NCBI GenBank assembly: GCA_965197745.1
Contig: CBDANS010000006.1
Span: 896,001 to 960,000 of the forward strand
Source: Opitutales bacterium
GTDB taxonomy: Bacteria; Verrucomicrobiota; Verrucomicrobiia; Opitutales; PNEW01
Direction of reading: 5' to 3'
Length of the DNA stretch: 64,000 nucleotides
Shown here in pieces: positions 20,865-30,923 of this stretch. The first letter of the stretch is position 1; every line of letters begins with the position of its first letter. The notes under the pieces were generated by a model. The model was given only the letters and a program-made list of their open reading frames with translations. It had not been told where the DNA came from and ran no database searches. The position numbers and the translations under genes were made by a program.

Positions 20865-22182
20865 TGGTCGTGACCACGAAAACTGGTACACTTGAAAAGT
20901 TAGTCTGGGTAACCTAGAAAGGACTCAGACAATGAAAGGCAAAAGATACACAACTGAAGAGAAAATACGGATGCTGCGGCAGGCGGACAAAGGGAAAACG
21001 ATCCTGGAAGCATGCCGCGAGAACAACATTAGCGAACAGACTTTCCACCGCTGGAAGCGTGAGTTTGGGATGATTGATGTCGACCAGGCCAAGCGGATGA
21101 AGGAACTCTTTGAAGGAGAACGCGCGGTTAAAACGGATGCTGGCGGACAAGATGCTGGGGATAGAGATCCTGCAGGAGACCCTCGAAAAAAAACTGTAAG
21201 CCCTGGGCACAAGCGGCAAGTGGCAGAGAGACTTGTGGCTCGGGGCCAGTGTTCGATGCGAGCGGGGTGCCGGTACTTTCGGCTGCACCGTTCCACCTAT
21301 GCGTATAAGGCGAAGCATCCGGATGCTTGGTTAATGAAACTGAAGGCGGCAGTAAGGCGGTTATCACGGCAATATGCCAGGTGGGGCTATCCGAAGATCA
21401 CGAAGCTGTTGAAAGACGAAGGCTGGGAGGTGGGTAAACGTCTCGTGCAAGGTCTACGACGCGAACTGGGCTTGGCGATCCCCCAACGCAAGCCAAGACG
21501 TCGGGGCAGGGGTGTTTCCACCGGGCTGCCGACCAAGGCCGAACATCCCGGCCATGTTTGGACCTGGGATTTTATCCACGATAAGACGGTCCGCGGTGGC
21601 AGTTTAAAAATGTTGACCGTGCTCGATGAGTACACCCGCGAGTGTCGAGTGATCCATGTTGATCGCCATATCAATGCGGAAACGGTGCGCGGTATCATGC
21701 AAAAACTGCTTGCCCGTCATGGGCCGCCACAATATATTCGCAGTGACAACGGTTCCGTTCCGAGGAGCGAAGCGACGACATGCGAAGCCATTCATTGAAA
21801 AGGAATTGAGAGCCTGGCTAACTGCGATGAAAATCAAAACCCTCTATATCGAACCAGGAAGCCCTTGGCAGAACGGATACATTGAATCGTTCCATGCCCG
21901 TTTTCGCGAGGAGTGTTTAAACCGTGAACAGTTATGGACTTTGACCGAAGCCCGCGTGGTCATCGAAGATTGGCGCTGGCTTTACAATCATGTCCGACCC
22001 CACCGCAGCCTCGGCAACATCACTCCACGGCACTTCACTGAAAACCTCAATACCGAAGGCTCGGGCTCCATTCGGGCTACGCCCTCATTGCGCCCAAGCC
22101 TTGACTTCCTCTACCAACTTAACTTCAACATTAACCTCTCCAGACTAACTCTCCCGGTGGACCAGTTTGTGTAACCCGACCA
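20865..22182 (+). mobile_element. IS3-family insertion sequence, inactivated
   Basis: TG...CA ends with imperfect IRs of about 44 bp (TGGTCGTGACCACGAAAACTGGTACAC.. and ..GTGGACCAGTTTGTGTAACCCGACCA). OrfA MKGKRYTTEE from 20932, A8 slippery site 21186-21193, integrase motifs WTWDF, SDNG, PWQNGYIESF. Disrupted by a +1 T and a 32-bp insertion. Confidence 0.92.
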
Positions 22183-23355
22183 CAGACAAAGACAAATATC
22201 TTTAAGGGACAGATTTTGCTGCGGGGAAATTATATAAAAATAATTCATGCTTTCGTACGCTCGATTGAATGGTTTCGAGGCCGATGGGGTTTTTAAAGCT
22301 TCGAAGCTTAATTTGATTTGCCCGTGAAGGGGTCTGAGTGCCTCGAGAAAGGGCGTTTGCATCTTAAGGCAGGGAATGGGTTGTTTCATAACGAAGGAGC
22401 ATCGTACATTGTAGAGCAAATTTAAGCGGGGTTCTTTTTAAATAATTTTGGCTGTCAAACCTTGCCCTTTGTAAATATATTTTCCAGCGAGCAAATCGAT
22501 ATATGGACTAAGGGTCGGTCAGCTGATCGACCCCCCCGCCCCCTAGTAACATGATTTACTCTCTCTTCGATTTATTTCAAAATTAGCGGACACCCGCGAT
22601 GTTAGACGGCGAACTTTTTCTTGATGGGAATACCCTTAAATTATGGGTCGCAATGGGTGTGGCAGTAGTATGTCAACACCGGCTTAATCAGGGTTTTAAA
22701 CTGGGGCTTACTCCTTAATTATCGATTATCTAAGACCGTTAGGAAATTATAAGTTAAAAATAATATATTGATGATCAATAACTTACAAACTTACTAGACA
22801 TAATAGTTGTTGTGCGGTTCACCTTCTAAGACCTCCTCTCGGTGCCGTCCTCTTTTGGTCCACGCACACTGGCGCTGATAACGGTCTGCTCAGGCAACCT
22901 GAGCAAGGAGCAGTCACTCTTTTTTAAGTGTGTCCACAGGTTGGCCTTCATTGCGGACAACCTACAATATCACTTAATCAATGGGCAGATCGATTAGAGA
23001 GGATCGTGTCGATCCTCCCTCTCCTTTTTTAGTGGTCTACTTTTCACCAGAGTTAGTGCCAGAAAAAAAATGATAATATTGACAGCAGCAATTTGCGCGC
23101 AAAAAAAATGCCCCACCTCTCAGATTCAGGAAGCATCTGAAAACAGCGACGGAACAGTTGCCCCTCGAAATAAAATCTGTCATGAAAAACTGTAAAATGC
23201 AGTTGCGAAGCAACGGTTTGTCCAGGAGCTATCCTTGGGTTCGATAAATCAGTCTCGTCATACACGACAGGATTCTATGAAATGGTGCCGAAAGTAAACT
23301 TCTTACCCAAACTCGTGTCAGGCAAGTAAGGTGGAGTTATGGGAGCTATGAACCG

Positions 23356-24269
23356 ATGAATATACTTCAAGAGATGTTGAATTCCGTTTTAGCAGATTCC
23401 GACTTTGACAAATACTCTGACGATCTGCATGCAGCGTCAGGCGATATTATTCCTAGGATTGCCAACAAAACTGCAGAATCTATATTAACCAGACATCTCC
23501 TTCCCCTATTCATCTCAACAGATTTAGAAGCAGGAACCGATTTCAACCGCGAGTTCCGCAACGCCGTCGTGCGGTCAGGTGATACTGTATTTGAGGCACT
23601 TACCAGGATGCACGCCCGACCGTGCCAGGTATCATCTGCCATTCTCGTCTTACGGCGTACCGGTTATGCATACGACACGCTCGCACGGTGGCGAACCCTG
23701 CATGAAATTTCAGCGATGAGTTCTCTTATAAGTAAGCATGGTAAGGAACTAGCAGAAAAATATCTGCTGCACGATACCATACAGCGATATAAGATAGCAT
23801 GTCAGCACCAGAAATATAAAGAGCAATTAATGAGGAACCAATTACGCAGGAGGAATTTGACAGTCTCAAGTCAGAACACGACCAGCTCGTAGCTCGATTC
23901 GGCGAGTCGATAAGAAGGAATACGGCTGGGCAACTTCAATACTTGGAAAAGATCTTCCCACGATAAGCGACATTGAAAAACACGCTAACTTGGAACATAT
24001 GAGGCCTTATTACAGAATGGCGAGTGACAACGTGCACGCAAACTCTCACGGCGATTACTTTAGGATAGGGTTGAGTCAGATTCTTCACGATGATGATCTA
24101 CTTCTAGCTGGCGCAAGCAGTATGGGGTTGGCTACTCCTACTCATTCTACTGGGATTGCATTAAACCAAATAACCTCGAATTTGCTTTTAAATGTGTTGA
24201 ACTTCGACTGCTTAGTCATCTCAAATACACTCCTTAAATTAGTACATGAGATTTTGAAAGTATTCCTTG
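23356..24269 (+). pseudogene. DUF5677-like protein, frameshifted and 3'-truncated by IS3
   Basis: Fragments 23356-23892 (RMHARPCQ...GYA...ARWRTLHE) and 23990 onward (RPYYRMASDNVHANS) read as consecutive parts of one protein. It ends at the IS terminus at 24270. Confidence 0.6.
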
Positions 24270-25620
24270 TGATTGGACCCCGTTTTTCGTACCAATTATT
24301 ATGTGAGAGAGTTACCGGGTATTAATGGTTTTAGGATTGATGTATATGAGAGATCTTGGCGCAGTGAGGGCGTAGCCCGAACGCGGCCAAGAGCGGAAAG
24401 GAATGTGACAAACTCTTGTGGGCTTTTAAAGCCTAATCGACTGTGGGGATGTTCATTGTTATAGGTCTGACGCCATTGTTCTATTAGCACTTGCGCTTCA
24501 GCCACGCTGAGCAACACTTCACGGTTCAAACACTCATCGCGTAAGCGGTTGTGAAACGACTCGATGAAACCGTTTTGCCAGGGACTGCCCGGATCGATAT
24601 ATATCGCCTTGATCTTTTTGTCGGACAACCACTGCTGCACCTGATGAGCAATGAATGGCTTCGCATGTCGTCGCTTCGCTCCTCGGAACACTGCCGTTGT
24701 CACTGCGGATATAGCTAGGAACTCCCTCTTCATCGATGGTTTCGCTGAGTACCGAGAGAACATCGGTTGAGGTGAGCTGTCGAGCTACCCGGATGCGTAA
24801 ACATTTACGCGTATATGTCTTCGCTTCGCTTGAGTGTCGTCGCTTTCAGCTCCTCGGTACATCGATCAAGGTCATCATCTTTAGCATACCGCCATTGTCT
24901 GTACGATCATGGACAAAGTCCCAGGACCAGACGTGATTGCGACCGGTTGCTTTAGTAGGGAGCCCAGTAGAGATCCCCTGACGGTGTCTACGCTTTTTTG
25001 GTGGCTTTACCTGTAAGCCCGAAGAACGTCGCACTGCCTGTACAAATTTCCTGCTTGCCGCCCAACCTTCTTTCACCAGCAAGGCACGAATGCGCCGGTA
25101 ACCGTAACGGGGATGTTCCCAGGACAAGGTCAAAATCCGCTCGGCCAATTGCTGAGCCTTCTTACTGGCCTGCTTGGGTCGGTAGCTGTACGTTGACCAA
25201 CTGAGGCTGAGATAAGCACAAGCCCTCTAAAACGAGCACAGCCCCTTCTCAGCCGCATCTTTTACTGCTCGCTTCTTCTGCTTTGGGCTCACCATTTTTT
25301 TGAGAGCGTTTCCTCCAACACCCGAAGCTTGAGCATTTGATCAGCGAGCATCTTCTTCAGCTCCGTATTCTCCTTTTCCAGCTCTTTAAATCGCTTCGCA
25401 TCAGCCAGCTCCAAGTTGCCATACTTTTTGCCCCAGCGATAGAAGGTCTGTTCACTTAGGTTGTTGCCGTGGCAGACTTCCTGCACGGTTTTGCCCGTAT
25501 CGGGCTGCCGCAGTATTGCTATGATCTGTTCTGTTGTATATCTTTTTCTTTTCATTGAGGTTATCTGTTTATCCCGATAACCTCTCTCTGTTAATGATAC
25601 CATTTTTGGGGGTCACTCCA
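24270..25620 (-). mobile_element. IS3-family insertion sequence, inactivated
   Basis: TG...CA ends (TGATTGGACCCCG.. and ..GGGGGTCACTCCA). OrfA MKRKRYTTEQ 25555-25289 ends at an A7 slippery site, OrfB has WSWDF and PWQNGFIESF. OrfB is broken by 43-bp and 32-bp insertions. Confidence 0.92.
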
Positions 25621-25622
25621 AT

Positions 25623-28016
25623 GCAAAGTCTCCTTCTGAAAATATCTACGATTGGATTGATCAGTGCGCTCATTATTGCCTCAAATTGAATCAGAAAAAT
25701 AAAACAGTACACTATTTTTTATTATCAAATGGTCTCAAAACAGGACTGTTTGTATGGGATCAAGCAAATGCAATACTTGAGCTTGGTTTTGAGGATTTCT
25801 ATTTAGGAGGTGAACTCTATGAGAAACTTAGGAATATTATCTGTGTTGATACGTTTAAAAAAGGACTGGGGGCACCTGATCCAGGTAGAAATATTCTATT
25901 ACGTAAGATTCATAAAGAAGAAGCACAAAAAGTCTTTATAAACTGTCACAAGTATATTTGGAATACCGAGAAAAGGGGCCCACTATCGGCATTTACAGAG
26001 TTCGTAAAGTTGATATTCCTTAAATTGTGGAACGATAGAATTTTGCACGAGAATTTTCGTCCCGATTATTCAGGTAAGTTACTTGTCCCGCAATCTGCTA
26101 ATACTTTCTCAATTTTGTGGATAGAATCCAGAGAGAAAGACCACGGCTCCCCGGTAAACGATATCTCTTTCAAGAACCTGATAACACATATTGAAGACGA
26201 TATAGACAAACGGAATAAAAAGAGAATTTTTGATCAGAATGAACAGATTGAGTTGAAGCCTACAACAATTAAAGGAATTGTAAAAAAACTTGAAAAAATA
26301 GATCTTTACGGAATCGATGAAGATTTAAATGGGAGGTTGTTTGAGACCTTTTTGAATGCGACAATGCGAGGTCAGGCATTGGGGCAATATTTTACACCAC
26401 GAAGCATTGTTTTACTTGCTACCGAATTGGCTGAATTGAGGACAGATTCAAATTATATTGAAAAGGTTTTAGATGGTAGCTGTGGGACAGGTGGATTCTT
26501 GATAGAAGCCATGTCAATTATGAGAAACAATATTCGTGAGAATGATTCTTACTCGATTCAAGAAAAAAAGAAATTAATAGAGGTAATTTGCAATGAAAAG
26601 ATATTTGGAATAGATGCGGCATCCGAGCCAAATCTGGCAAAGATATCAAGGATAAATATGTATCTGCATGGGGATGGAGGCAGCCATATCTATTTTGCGG
26701 ACGGTTTGATAAAAAATATTCAGGTCGATAAAACTGATCCGCGGGAACTACAACGGGAAATTGAGGAAATGAAGCATGAGTTTGGTCCCAGTTCTTTTGA
26801 TGTTGTTTTAACCAATCCCCCTTTCTCAATGTGGTACGAGGAAAAGAATGAGTCTCAAAAACATATACTTGAGCAATACAACCTAACCCAATATAAAACA
26901 AAACCCCCGAGAACACGACTAAGAGGAAGTGCACTTTTTATCGAACGATATTGCGATTTACTACGACCAGGGGGCAAACTGATCACTGTTTTGGATGAAA
27001 CTGTATTATCTTCAGGACAATATTCTTACCTGAGAGATTTCATCCGAGAAAAGTTTATCATTCGAGCTGTGATCTCATTGCATGGTGATGCATTTCAGAT
27101 GGCGAAAGCCAGGGTCAAAACTGCTTTAGTATATTTACAAAAGAAAAAATATCCGGATGATGACCAACCAGCTGCATTTATGTACTCTTCTATTAGATTA
27201 GGTGTAGATGATATGCCAATCACAACTAATCCAGAAAAGGTGAAAAGTGCTCGTGAATTGGCAAGGGAAGAAATCAAAACAATTCTGGAGCTCTATAAAA
27301 GATACAGAAAGGGCGAAAAGGGTGAGTGGTTCGTCCAAACAGCAAACCTGAACGATCGCTTGGACGTTAAGTCATGTGTGGATATGAGAGGCCGGATGAT
27401 TGAACGCTGGGAAAAGGGAAGTTACGAGGTTAGTTCGCTCGGCGAGCTGTTGACACCCCAAAATGATACTGTAATGCCAAAAGATAATCCAAACAAGGAA
27501 TTCAGAATACTCGAAATCACGTACTCGGGCAGGTGTTATATAAAAGAAAAGCGAGCTGGACGAAATATTAACTATAAAAAAATGACGGTAGTACATACTG
27601 GGGACCTGATATTTTCGAGTTATAATACTTTTCAAGGTGCAATGGGTTATGCAACAGAGGAAATTGATGGCGCGGTAGCATCAAATAGTTACATCGTTAC
27701 ACGTGCGAATAATATAGAAGATTCCCTTTATTTATGGTCTATTCTAAGAACAACAGAAATTCGTGCAGAATTTCTTACCTCTGCAATCGGGATGGGTAGG
27801 CAAACAGTAAAATGGGATAAGATTTGCACAGTCCAAGTTCCATTATTGCATCCAAGTCAAAGAGAAGCTATCGGACAGAGAGTAATGGAGCATTGGGAAG
27901 CAGAAAAAAGGGCGAAGGATGGAATAAGCGCGATCTCAAGAGAACTGCACAACAAATTTGATGTTGAGTCTCTAAGTTCACAAAAACGGTTTTTAGGGGC
28001 AAAACCACCCAAATAA
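25623..28016 (+). CDS. Type IIG-like restriction-modification fusion (N6-adenine MTase + TRD), 5'-truncated by IS3
   Basis: GQYFTPR, motif I DGSCGTGGFL, motif IV NPPF and a C-terminal HsdS-like TRD. The frame is open back to the IS end and reads AKSPSENIYDWIDQCAHY...YFLLSNG, an endonuclease-type tail. Confidence 0.8.
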   Translation, partial: AKSPSENIYDWIDQCAHYCLKLNQKNKTVHYFLLSNGLKTGLFVWDQANAILELGFEDFYLGGELYEKLRNIICVDTFKKGLGAPDPGRNILLRKIHKEEAQKVFINCHKYIWNTEKRGPLSAFTEFVKLIFLKLWNDRILHENFRPDYSGKLLVPQSANTFSILWIESREKDHGSPVNDISFKNLITHIEDDIDKRNKKRIFDQNEQIELKPTTIKGIVKKLEKIDLYGIDEDLNGRLFETFLNATMRGQALGQYFTPRSIVLLATELAELRTDSNYIEKVLDGSCGTGGFLIEAMSIMRNNIRENDSYSIQEKKKLIEVICNEKIFGIDAASEPNLAKISRINMYLHGDGGSHIYFADGLIKNIQVDKTDPRELQREIEEMKHEFGPSSFDVVLTNPPFSMWYEEKNESQKHILEQYNLTQYKTKPPRTRLRGSALFIERYCDLLRPGGKLITVLDETVLSSGQYSYLRDFIREKFIIRAVISLHGDAFQMAKARVKTALVYLQKKKYPDDDQPAAFMYSSIRLGVDDMPITTNPEKVKSARELAREEIKTILELYKRYRKGEKGEWFVQTANLNDRLDVKSCVDMRGRMIERWEKGSYEVSSLGELLTPQNDTVMPKDNPNKEFRILEITYSGRCYIKEKRAGRNINYKKMTVVHTGDLIFSSYNTFQGAMGYATEEIDGAVASNSYIVTRANNIEDSLYLWSILRTTEIRAEFLTSAIGMGRQTVKWDKICTVQVPLLHPSQREAIGQRVMEHWEAEKRAKDGISAISRELHNKFDVESLSSQKRFLGAKPPK

Positions 28017-28035
28017 ATAAAATCCCGATACTACA

Positions 28036-28173
28036 ATGAAAACAAAACAAGAGAAAACCCTAGCCGGAGCAGTCAAAGCCATCGGAGCCTACAAACCAAC
28101 GGCACTGCCTAAGCAACCAAAGCAAACACCTCCAATCAAAGAGCTTAAAAGGAAATGGAAAATAAGCAGGTAA
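28036..28173 (+). CDS. Small basic hypothetical protein (45 aa)
   Basis: MKTKQEKTLAGAVKAIGAYKPTALPKQPKQTPPIKELKRKWKISR*, starting 20 nt after the RM stop. Below the ORF-track cut-off. Confidence 0.35.
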   Translation: MKTKQEKTLAGAVKAIGAYKPTALPKQPKQTPPIKELKRKWKISR

Positions 28174-28382
28174 TACCTCCTTTTGGGGCAATAAGTATAT
28201 AATTCCCTTATTTTATTAGATTTAAAATGCGTTACCCGCCTGAATACGCAAGGTGTTCAAGCAACGCTTAAATGTTTGTAGTGTTAACAACGTAATTCGA
28301 TCGAATTGAACGCATAAAATAACAAATTTTTACCTGTTTGTCTATCATCCGAAAGAGGGATATCAGGTGATCCCAAATAGAA

Positions 28383-29224
28383 ACACGGATTCAAGCGGAT
28401 TAGCAAGTAAAAAGTCCTCAGAAAAGACAGAATTTTTTAGGAATAGACTAACAGCGGATTAAGCGGATGACACGGATTTGAATAAATAATCGAAAAAATG
28501 CGGATCAGTTAATTGTATTCTTTTACTTTCGTTTTAAAGAGACTCCAGGTTATAGATTAACTCTTAAGATGGGAGAAAGAATTACGTGTTTATTAATATT
28601 TATACAATGCCTGCAGATAACGCATATTCAGTATCTAAAACATGATGTCACAATTGATTCACAAGGAGTTGAGTAGAAAGATATTAGGTGCTGCTATGAC
28701 GATTTTGAATGAGTTGAAACCTGGGCTAGATGAACGACTTTACGAAAATGTTTTATATTGATTTAATAGAATCCGGGTCCCAAGTAGAGCAACAAAAGCG
28801 ATTTCATGTGAACTACAAAGGGAAGCACATTGATACTCTAGTCCCTGATTTAATCTTGGATAACACCTTTATCGTAGATACTAAAGTGGTATCCGAGTTT
28901 AATGAAACTCACATCACCCAAATGATTGGCTACCTGGCGATTACAGACTTGAAACTAGCGCTTTTATTGAGTTTTAAAAACATTGAGCTTAATTGGAAAC
29001 GGGTTGTCCGCAGTTAGACTCGGATACTGTGTCTAAATTTAACTGAATATCCGTGATATCCACAGCTCTATCATGTTTCTATTCTGTCCTATCCGTGATA
29101 TCTGAGTCATCCGCGGTCATAACTTTTCCCCTATCTTATTCATAAAAATCTGCGGAATTTCTAAACTATAAATACGCGGTACATCAAATCCTTAATATCC
29201 GCATCATCCGCAATATCCGCGGTT
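28383..29224. repeat. Repeat family D (ACGGAT/GCGGAT units upstream, ATCCGT/ATCCGC units downstream) flanking the GxxExxY gene
   Basis: CACGGATTCAAGCGGAT and GCGGATTAAGCGGATGACACGGAT at 28383-28480, inverted units ATCCGTGATATCC and ATCCGCATCATCCGCAATATCCGCGG at 29048-29224. Confidence 0.65.
28642..29017 (+). pseudogene. GxxExxY family (PD-(D/E)xK-like) protein, frameshifted
   Basis: From ATG 28642: MMSQLIHKELSRKILGAAMTILNELKPGLDERLYEN, then a stop. The remainder (VPDLILDNTFIVDTKVV...QMIGYL) is in another frame, with the shift near 28750. Confidence 0.85.
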
Positions 29225-29228
29225 TATT

Positions 29229-29510
29229 TTAAACAATCTTGACGATCAAGCGGTCGGAATGGGAATCGGAGGCAAGCGTGGATTTCACCTCACTATCAGT
29301 CGGTGAACCGGGGACATTCAAGCCAACTGGAGGAGGACTCAGTGAAGGATCTCTCACTAAAGGGGGCTTGTTATTATAATTCAGCTCCAGCCCTGCAGCC
29401 TCTGAAAAACCGAAAACAGGGGCCAAAAGCTGTCTCTGCTCCAAGGTTTCCATCCAAATCCTGGACGACCTGTTTTTGATAATCCTTTTTCTGCTCTTTT
29501 TATGTGCCAT
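29229..29510 (-). CDS. LEPR-XLL/Planctomycete-extracellular-type leader protein, probably a truncated stub of a larger exoprotein
   Basis: Basic N-terminus then WMETLEQRQLLA, Pro-rich linker, abrupt end at DRLIVKIV next to repeat family D. Confidence 0.65.
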   Translation of the reverse strand: MAHKKSRKRIIKNRSSRIWMETLEQRQLLAPVFGFSEAAGLELNYNNKPPLVRDPSLSPPPVGLNVPGSPTDSEVKSTLASDSHSDRLIVKIV

Positions 29511-29566
29511 TAGATATTAGCTGTTTAATCCTATATTAAGATGGGTCGGATAGTTTATTTATTCCG

Positions 29567-30847
29567 TTAAGACGTTTCGGGATGGTTAAAATTGTTCCTC
29601 GAAGGCGCTTTGGTATCAACAATCAAGCCGGGGCGTTCCCCGGGAGTAAATTCGTTGGCTGCGCGCATGATGAGATGTTCGCCCAGGGAAAGACGGGTGT
29701 TATTGGACCGCGCAAGCAATTCATTCATGCGAAGTTCCACTTTTTCAAGCCAGGTTGGTTCATCCGGCGTTATCTCTTGTTCTTTAACCTCTTCAGAGAG
29801 GGGAGATTCTATGACAAAACTGTAATCCATTTCCAATGGAGTAAACAGATCACCCGCCGTTGAATCATAGTCTATTTCATAAACAGGTTCCCTATTGTCG
29901 GCCACAAGCTGATGGGGAAGCCACACTCCTGAATTATAGAAATTTTCTAAAAAATAAGTATTAAGTGCTTCTTCACTTATACGCTCATCCGCTACCTTCA
30001 GGTTCTCATCTCTTGCCGTTGCACTATCGTCAATAATTTCTGAATCGAACTCATTTAAAGCTGATGGCAGCTCAAATGATTCAGATTCTGTAATATTGGA
30101 ATCCTCAGCAATCGCGTTTGGGTAAGCTATAATATCTTCATGAGAATCCAGATTAGAGCGGTATGATTCAAGTTCTTGAGAATCAAAGACACGGAATTCC
30201 GCAAGGAGAGAATTCACGCCATTCTGGACACTGGGTTCATCACCAAGGAGGCCGAGTTGAGAGTCCTCAAGCCCTATTACAATAAAATCATTGGGCACGA
30301 AATTGGTGCGTACTGTCTGGTCCGGATTCAAACTTAATAACCAGAAGGTGCTTTCAGGATCATTTATTTGCAATTCCAGGCTATCCAGATCGCTATAAAG
30401 AAATGTTTCCGAAAAATCCTCCGCTTCAAAAAAGGTATTGCCCCCCTCGAGAAGCATGAAGGGCGCTGGATCTACAAGGCCCATCACCTCAACATCTTCT
30501 GTAATCAGTGATCTGTGGACAGGAATATCTACATGCAGATTGTCAAGATCGACAGCAAAAAGCCGGTCAATACCACGTGTCCCTACAAGGGAAACGTCGG
30601 TAAATGACGAAGCTGCCACATTTTTAACATTGTTGGGTAAATAATCTACGTTAATGACTAAACTTCCAGTATTATTACCCTTTAAAGTAATCTGCGAGTC
30701 GCTTGGAAACCAGACAAAATCAAACTGAAAATTAGAATCGGTATCCACGGCGGCATCCAGCCAAGGAAATTCCGTTGTCAGCAAAGTCCGGTCTTCGAGC
30801 AGTTCAAGCTGAAGCCCACTACTTATTATGGAGGGTCTCTTTACCAC
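29567..30847 (-). CDS. Acidic protein with N-terminal LEPR-XLL-type leader
   Basis: LQLELLEDRTLLT near the N-terminus, no hydrophobic Sec signal, D/E-rich, GTG start. Confidence 0.7.
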   Translation of the reverse strand: MVKRPSIISSGLQLELLEDRTLLTTEFPWLDAAVDTDSNFQFDFVWFPSDSQITLKGNNTGSLVINVDYLPNNVKNVAASSFTDVSLVGTRGIDRLFAVDLDNLHVDIPVHRSLITEDVEVMGLVDPAPFMLLEGGNTFFEAEDFSETFLYSDLDSLELQINDPESTFWLLSLNPDQTVRTNFVPNDFIVIGLEDSQLGLLGDEPSVQNGVNSLLAEFRVFDSQELESYRSNLDSHEDIIAYPNAIAEDSNITESESFELPSALNEFDSEIIDDSATARDENLKVADERISEEALNTYFLENFYNSGVWLPHQLVADNREPVYEIDYDSTAGDLFTPLEMDYSFVIESPLSEEVKEQEITPDEPTWLEKVELRMNELLARSNNTRLSLGEHLIMRAANEFTPGERPGLIVDTKAPSRNNFNHPETS

Positions 30848-30923
30848 GGGTTACCCTTTTTCAAAATTAAACCAACAGGATAGTTGTTGTTAAGCAATAA
30901 ATCAACCCATTTCCGTGAAATTT

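Noticed and set aside
22183..22560. Possible decayed RAYT/Y1 transposase on the minus strand (YNVRCSFVM...QTP...FNR), which could have mobilised the REP-like repeats
   Set aside because: No HUH motif or continuous frame is recoverable by eye, and the similarity is too faint without a profile search.
22740..23350. Integron attI/attC-like sequence (ACTAGACATAATAGTTGTTGTG) upstream of the DUF5677-like gene
   Set aside because: No integrase in the window and no convincing RYYYAAC...GTTRRRY attC with paired L boxes.
28383..29224. CRISPR array suggested by recurring short repeats (also 48236-48314 and 54973-55189)
   Set aside because: Units are degenerate, irregularly spaced or inverted, with no constant repeat-spacer period and no cas genes.
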